A DNA stretch of 64,000 nt. It comes from Pristiophorus japonicus. Taxonomy: Eukaryota. The translations under genes and the position numbers were made by a program. How positions within the stretch are numbered: position 1 is the first letter of the stretch; each line of letters starts with the position of its first letter. The DNA is taken from the NCBI RefSeq assembly GCF_044704955.1, contig NC_091980.1:130262001-130326000 (forward strand), given 5' to 3'. Of the stretch, positions 58,884-64,000 are shown in pieces. The notes under the pieces are model-generated. The model was not told where the DNA came from and made no database searches. It saw nothing but the letters and a program-made list of their open reading frames with translations.

Positions 58884-59045
58884 CCAATGATGCTCATTCT
58901 TCAAAGATCTGATTGGCTCTGGGAGTCCATCTCCCTCCTCCCTTTACTTGATTGGTGCTCTGAGAAGATACAACTTCTGATTGGGTATTGATGACTGTCA
59001 CTCATCATCAAGAGTGCCACACCCTGGATTATCCCTCAGTATAAA
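58884..59045 (+). promoter_or_regulatory. Ferritin B3 promoter (CCAAT boxes, TATAAA 59040-59045)
   Basis: Near-identical to the B1 and B2 promoters. Confidence 0.65.
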
Positions 59046-59122
59046 TATTGGAGTTTGATATTAGTGAAATGTTATCTTTGTACTTCTAAAAAGTTTTTAC
59101 TTTGGAAAAATAAAATATTAAG

Positions 59123-62100
59123 ATGGCTTCGCAAGTGCGTCAGAATTACCACAAGGACTGTGAGGATGCTGTCAACAAGCAGATCAACATGGAGCTCTAT
59201 TCCTCCTATGTTTATCTCTCTATGGTGAGTTTTGTATTTTTTGCCCCTTTACAATGGAGACTATGTAATGTGAATTTATGAAATCCTGTGCTGTACCCAG
59301 CCCACCTATTTCTCTCTTTCTGCCCACCTGCCCCCAGCCCTGAATCTATGCAGTGAGTTCACTTTAAAGCTATAATATGATACAATTTATCTTAATTTGT
59401 ATTTATTAACAAATTCTCTTTGTTTCTTGCAGCAGCTGTATCATCTGATTATTTTGATTCTTTTTTTTCCTGCGATCTTGAGCTTGATGAAGTTTATTTG
59501 GAATACATTCTGTACACAATGCAAGGAATTCAGAATTTGTATCCTCATTCTAAATCACTGCATGGATTTTCCTTACCTTGCTGGTTCAATGGGTGATGTC
59601 ATAAAAATAAATCTAGGCCATTTCGGAGGGATGTCAGGAAGTATTCTTTCCCACCAGTGTGGTGGAAATCTGAAACACTTTCTTTCTCAGCCATCCCTCA
59701 CCTCCACGGGGAGGATGGGAAGAAAGTGTTACAAATGTTTCTGCTTTCCTCCTGTTCCTAGTATTTCTCACCACTAATTTTAAGTACCAGTTTGTATCCT
59801 TCTGTCTTTCCTCTAACTTTTTGCAATCATAAAGCAGATAGTTAATTATCAATTGTCTGTGCTCAGTGGACTCTCCCTTAACCCCTGTGACCTTCACCAA
59901 GCACCCTCAAATTCTGAGGGGTTCTCCTAACTTTTATTCTGTGGTCTCTGGTTCTCCTCTACAATGCTTTGATTTGTGTAGACTGTCAAATTAATGCTGC
60001 TTGTGGTAGTTTTAGTTCCTTGGCATGAATGCAGCCAGTAAAACTCGGTTAGTTTTTCTTTTTTTTTATATATGAATTCTGCATTGGGACTAGATCTAGT
60101 TTAGGCAATTGCTTTTACTGCCTCTCAACTAGCCTGTACAAAATGTATTTGGGTTAATAAACAATTATTATTGGAGCATGCTACTGGTGACCAGGGTATA
60201 AATCTTGTGGCAATTCCTTCACCTAATTTCCAGAGCTGCAATGAATATTGGGTGCCAAGATTCAGGTTCCAGTTTTAAGCATGTTCAATCAAAGCTGAAT
60301 TGGTGATCATGAGTGATGCAGCACAGGAGGCCATTCAGTCCATTGTGCCTTGCTGAATGTTGGTTGGAGCGATACAACTGTTTCCATAGCCTACAAATTT
60401 TTCTAAATCACGTAAGTGGATGAGAATGGGGAATTAGTAATGGGCAACATAGAGATGGCAGAAAATCTGAACAAATATCTTGTATCTGTTTTGACAGTAG
60501 AAGACAATAACAACATTCCAATGGTGGATAGTCAAGGGGCTATTGGGGGAGGTACTTAATGCAATAACAATCACCTGAGGAAGTAGTACTCAGTAAGATA
60601 ATTGGGCTCAATTATGTCCTGATGGCTTGCATCCTCGGGCCTTGAGAAGCAGGGATTGTGGATGTATTGGTTATAATTTACCAAAATTACCTGGATTCTG
60701 GGGAGGTCCCAGCAGATTGGAAAGCTGCAAATGTAATGCCCCTTCCTTTTTTTTTGAAATAAAAGAAACTTTTGACCAGTTAGCCTAATATCTGATAGGG
60801 AAAATGTTGGAGTCCATTATTAACATCGCAGGGACATTTGGAAAAGCAAAATTTGATCAGGCAGAGTCGGCATGGATTTGTGAGGGGAAGTCGTGTTTGA
60901 CAAATTTGCTGGAATTCTTTGAGGATGTCATGAACAGGGTGGATGAAAGTGAACCAGTGGCTGTTTTGTATTTGGACCTCCAGAAGGTATTTGAGAAGGT
61001 GCCACAAAAGATTACGGCACAAGATGAAAGTTCACAGGCTTTGGGGGTAATATATTAGCATGGATAGAGGATTGGCTAAAGAACCGAGTCAGGATAAATG
61101 GTTCATTCTCTGGTTGGCAACCAGGATCTAGTAGAGTGCCGCAAGGATCAGTGCTGGGACCCCAACTATTTACAATCTATATTACATTCTGTCCCTCCTT
61201 CCAAGTCGGTTACGTCGCCTAGTTTGTTCCTCCCAACTTTGTATCAGTAATGTGTGAGGAGAACACACTTCTGCAGAAGGACATAGGCAGGCTAAGTGAG
61301 TGGGCAAAAATTTGACTGTAGGAAAGTGAGGTCATGCACTTTAGCAGAACAAGAATCAAAGAGCAAATGTTTATTGAAATGGAGCAAGATTGCAAAGTGC
61401 CGCAGTACAGCAGGAGCGGAGGGGGGTGGGGTGTGGTGGGTGCCTCTGCTCATTTGGAATTCAGAAGAATGAGGAACTTATTGAAGTGTATAAGATTGAG
61501 GGGGCTTGACTGGGTGGATACAGAGGATGTTTCCACTGATGGGGAGACTACAACTAGAAGGCATGATCTTAAAATAAGGGGTTTCCCATTTACAACTGAA
61601 ATATCTTGAGCGTTGTCAATCTGTGGAATTCACTGCCTGAGCTGTGGAAAGCTGAGACATTGAATAAATTTAAGACTGTAATACAGTTTCTTAAATGCTA
61701 AGGGGTTATGTGGGGATGAGTCCATGATCAGATCAGCCATAATCTTAAATGGTGGCACAGGCTCTGAGCTGTGTGGTCTACTCCTGTTCATATTTCTCAT
61801 GTTAGGTTTCCCTATGGCTGGAGCTGAGATTATCCAATGTATTTACCAGGTTAATTGAGTAGGTTCTAGTTTCCATAAATATACATACAAGTTCAGTGAG
61901 ACTGAGCTCTTGAATCAAGAAAAATGAGTTTGGCTTCATGTACAGTGCCCATGCTGATGGGTCTGGCATGCAATAATCAACTACACTTCTGATCCCTCCG
62001 CAGTCCTTCTACTTTGACCGGGATGATGTTGCCCTGCGTCACTTTGCTGAGTTCTTCAAGGAGCAGTCACATGAGGAACGTGAGCATGCTGAGAAACTGA

Positions 62101-62150
62101 TGGAATTCCAGAATCGGCGTGGAGGCCGAATCATCTTGGCAGACATCAAG
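59123..62150 (+). CDS. fth1: Ferritin subunit, copy B3, partial (exons 59123-59224 and 62004-62150; exons 3-4 lie beyond the window)
   Basis: Exons 1-2 translate identically to B2 and have GT-AG sites. Confidence 0.92.
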
Positions 62151-62665
62151 GTTTGGCTCCATAAACGAGGGCCCTTCTGTTTGGCTTCCCTTAGACTGAT
62201 TGTTCACAATACATTGTAAAGGAGTTGGTTCCAATTCCACAGGAACCAGCAATTTGGACAAACTGGTCCATGCTGGTGATCAGGCTCCAGATGTCGTCCT
62301 CCCACCTTGCTTTATCCAGCAACATGTCGTTCTAATCCTTTTTCCCTCATGTACTTATTTAGCTTCCCCTCAAATACATCTATGCTGTTCACCTCATAAA
62401 TTTGACACCGTTAGTTGACTTAATGCAGTAATTCAATATTCTAACATATTGGTTCATGGTAACCTAAACTTCTGATTTCATTTTTTCATCCCTAATTTCC
62501 TTCAATACTGTCCTATTTACAAATGTGTTTTTACTGTTTGTACTATTACATATGTGCCACCAGAGGGCACTGCAGTCAGACTTGCAGGTTACCTGTACAG
62601 GTGTGCCAGGTGCAGTACAGAAGGCAGGTCACCAGGTGTGATCCTCACCACCTAGAGTTCCATTA

Positions 62666-64000
62666 TGTAAATCCTGTCCCCTCAGTACAGATTCACATGA
62701 GGCATGTAGTGAAGTCAAGGTCACTCTGGACCTACACCTTTATTTCAAGCTCTGGAATGCTGCACTTGCCTGAGACCTGTCCTTGTATACCTGTCTCTTG
62801 CAAGTGCATCACTGGTGGTAAGGTATGCTGGTGGTTACAGGTCAATCTTATTCGTCATGTATAGTATGTTATATATATTCACCCTCCCCCCTTGTTGTCT
62901 TTATAGGTTCAGTCTCAGGTGGTCTACGCTCTCGCATGGAGCGTCTGAGTTGTGGTTCAGTTGTTTGCCTTGGTGTCTGTTTTTCTTTGGGTGTCATTGA
63001 TGGTATCTTGCCTGGGCTGTCTGTTGTGATTGCCCTTTCCTCAGGTTGTTCTCTCCATCTGTCCATCAGTTGTGATGCGAGTTCCACATTGTCGTCTGCC
63101 CCTCTGGTTCCACAGTGTTGTTGGTAAATCTGATTTTGACTTGGCCTACATGCCTCTGGCAGGTTTTGCCATTGTCCATTTGTACTAACAGTAGCCTGTT
63201 TCCTTCCTTGCCCGTTACTGTCCCTGCAAGCCATTTGGGACCCCTGCCATAGTTTAGTACAAACACTTTGTCCCCTATCTCATTCCATCTCCCCCTCGAA
63301 TTTCTGTCATGCTATTCAATCAGCTTATGGCGCTTTGCCTCAACGATTTCATGCATGTCTGGGAGGATTAATGAGTGCCTTGTTTTTAAAGTCTTTAACA
63401 TCAACAGTTGCACAGGGGGATCCCAGTCAATGAGTGCGGACGAGATCTGTATGCCAGCAGCAGTCGCGACAGGTGATCCTGTAGCATGCGACCTTGTATT
63501 TTAAGCATGCCTTGTTTAATGATTTGCACTCCTCTCTCCGCCTGGCTGTTGGAGGCCGGCTTGATGTGATTTATGCCATGGTCAATTAAAAAATCTTGGA
63601 ATTCTGTGCTGGTGAAGCACGGCCCATTGTCACTGACCAATATGTCAGGGATTCCGTGCATTGCAAACGTAGTTGCAAGGTTCTCCAGTGGTGGAGGTTG
63701 TGCACGTGTTAAAAATAGTGCATTCGATCCACTTTGAAAATGCATCTACAACTACGAGGAACATTTTGGCCATGAATGGGCCTGCATAGTCTATGTGCAC
63801 CCGCGACCACAGTTTGGTAGGCCAGGGGCTCAGGAGACCCTCCCTGGGGGCATTGCTGAGCTGGGCACAAATGGTGCACCTTCGTACGCAGAGCTCCACG
63901 TCCGCGTCAACACCAGACCACCAGATGTGGGATCTGGCTATGGCCTTCATAATGATCCCCGGGTGCTCGCAGTGGAGCTCCCAGACAAATGCCTCTCTGC
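62666..64000 (-). mobile_element. Gypsy-like LTR retrotransposon copy in B3 intron 2 (3' LTR and integrase; truncated by the window)
   Basis: CATTA|TGTAAA junction, LTR to ~62881, polypurine tract and integrase fragments. Confidence 0.9.

Overview
Vertebrate genomic DNA, most likely from a cartilaginous fish. That assignment is an inference from the repeat content (CR1/HER1-type LINE tails (ATTCTATG)n, Deu-domain SINE, RTE, Penelope-like and Tx1-like fragments). The window is about 2.6 head-to-tail copies of a ~24 kb unit (units start near 1, 23906 and 48588). Each unit holds two 4-exon, plus-strand ferritin genes, giving an alternating array A1-B1-A2-B2-A3-B3(partial). The compact 'A' type and the long 'B' type both encode 176-aa heavy/middle-type subunits. 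All copies have TATA plus multi-CCAAT promoters and short 5' leaders with no recognisable iron-responsive element. A1, B1, A2 and B2 have intact frames, splice sites and ferroxidase ligands. A3 has lost the Glu107 codon and has a GT>GC donor. Intron 2 of B carries a decayed Gypsy-like LTR element nested inside another solo LTR. Intron 3 of A2 has a private 1.3 kb solo LTR. Most short ORFs in the supplied track are decayed retroelement fragments or antisense shadows.
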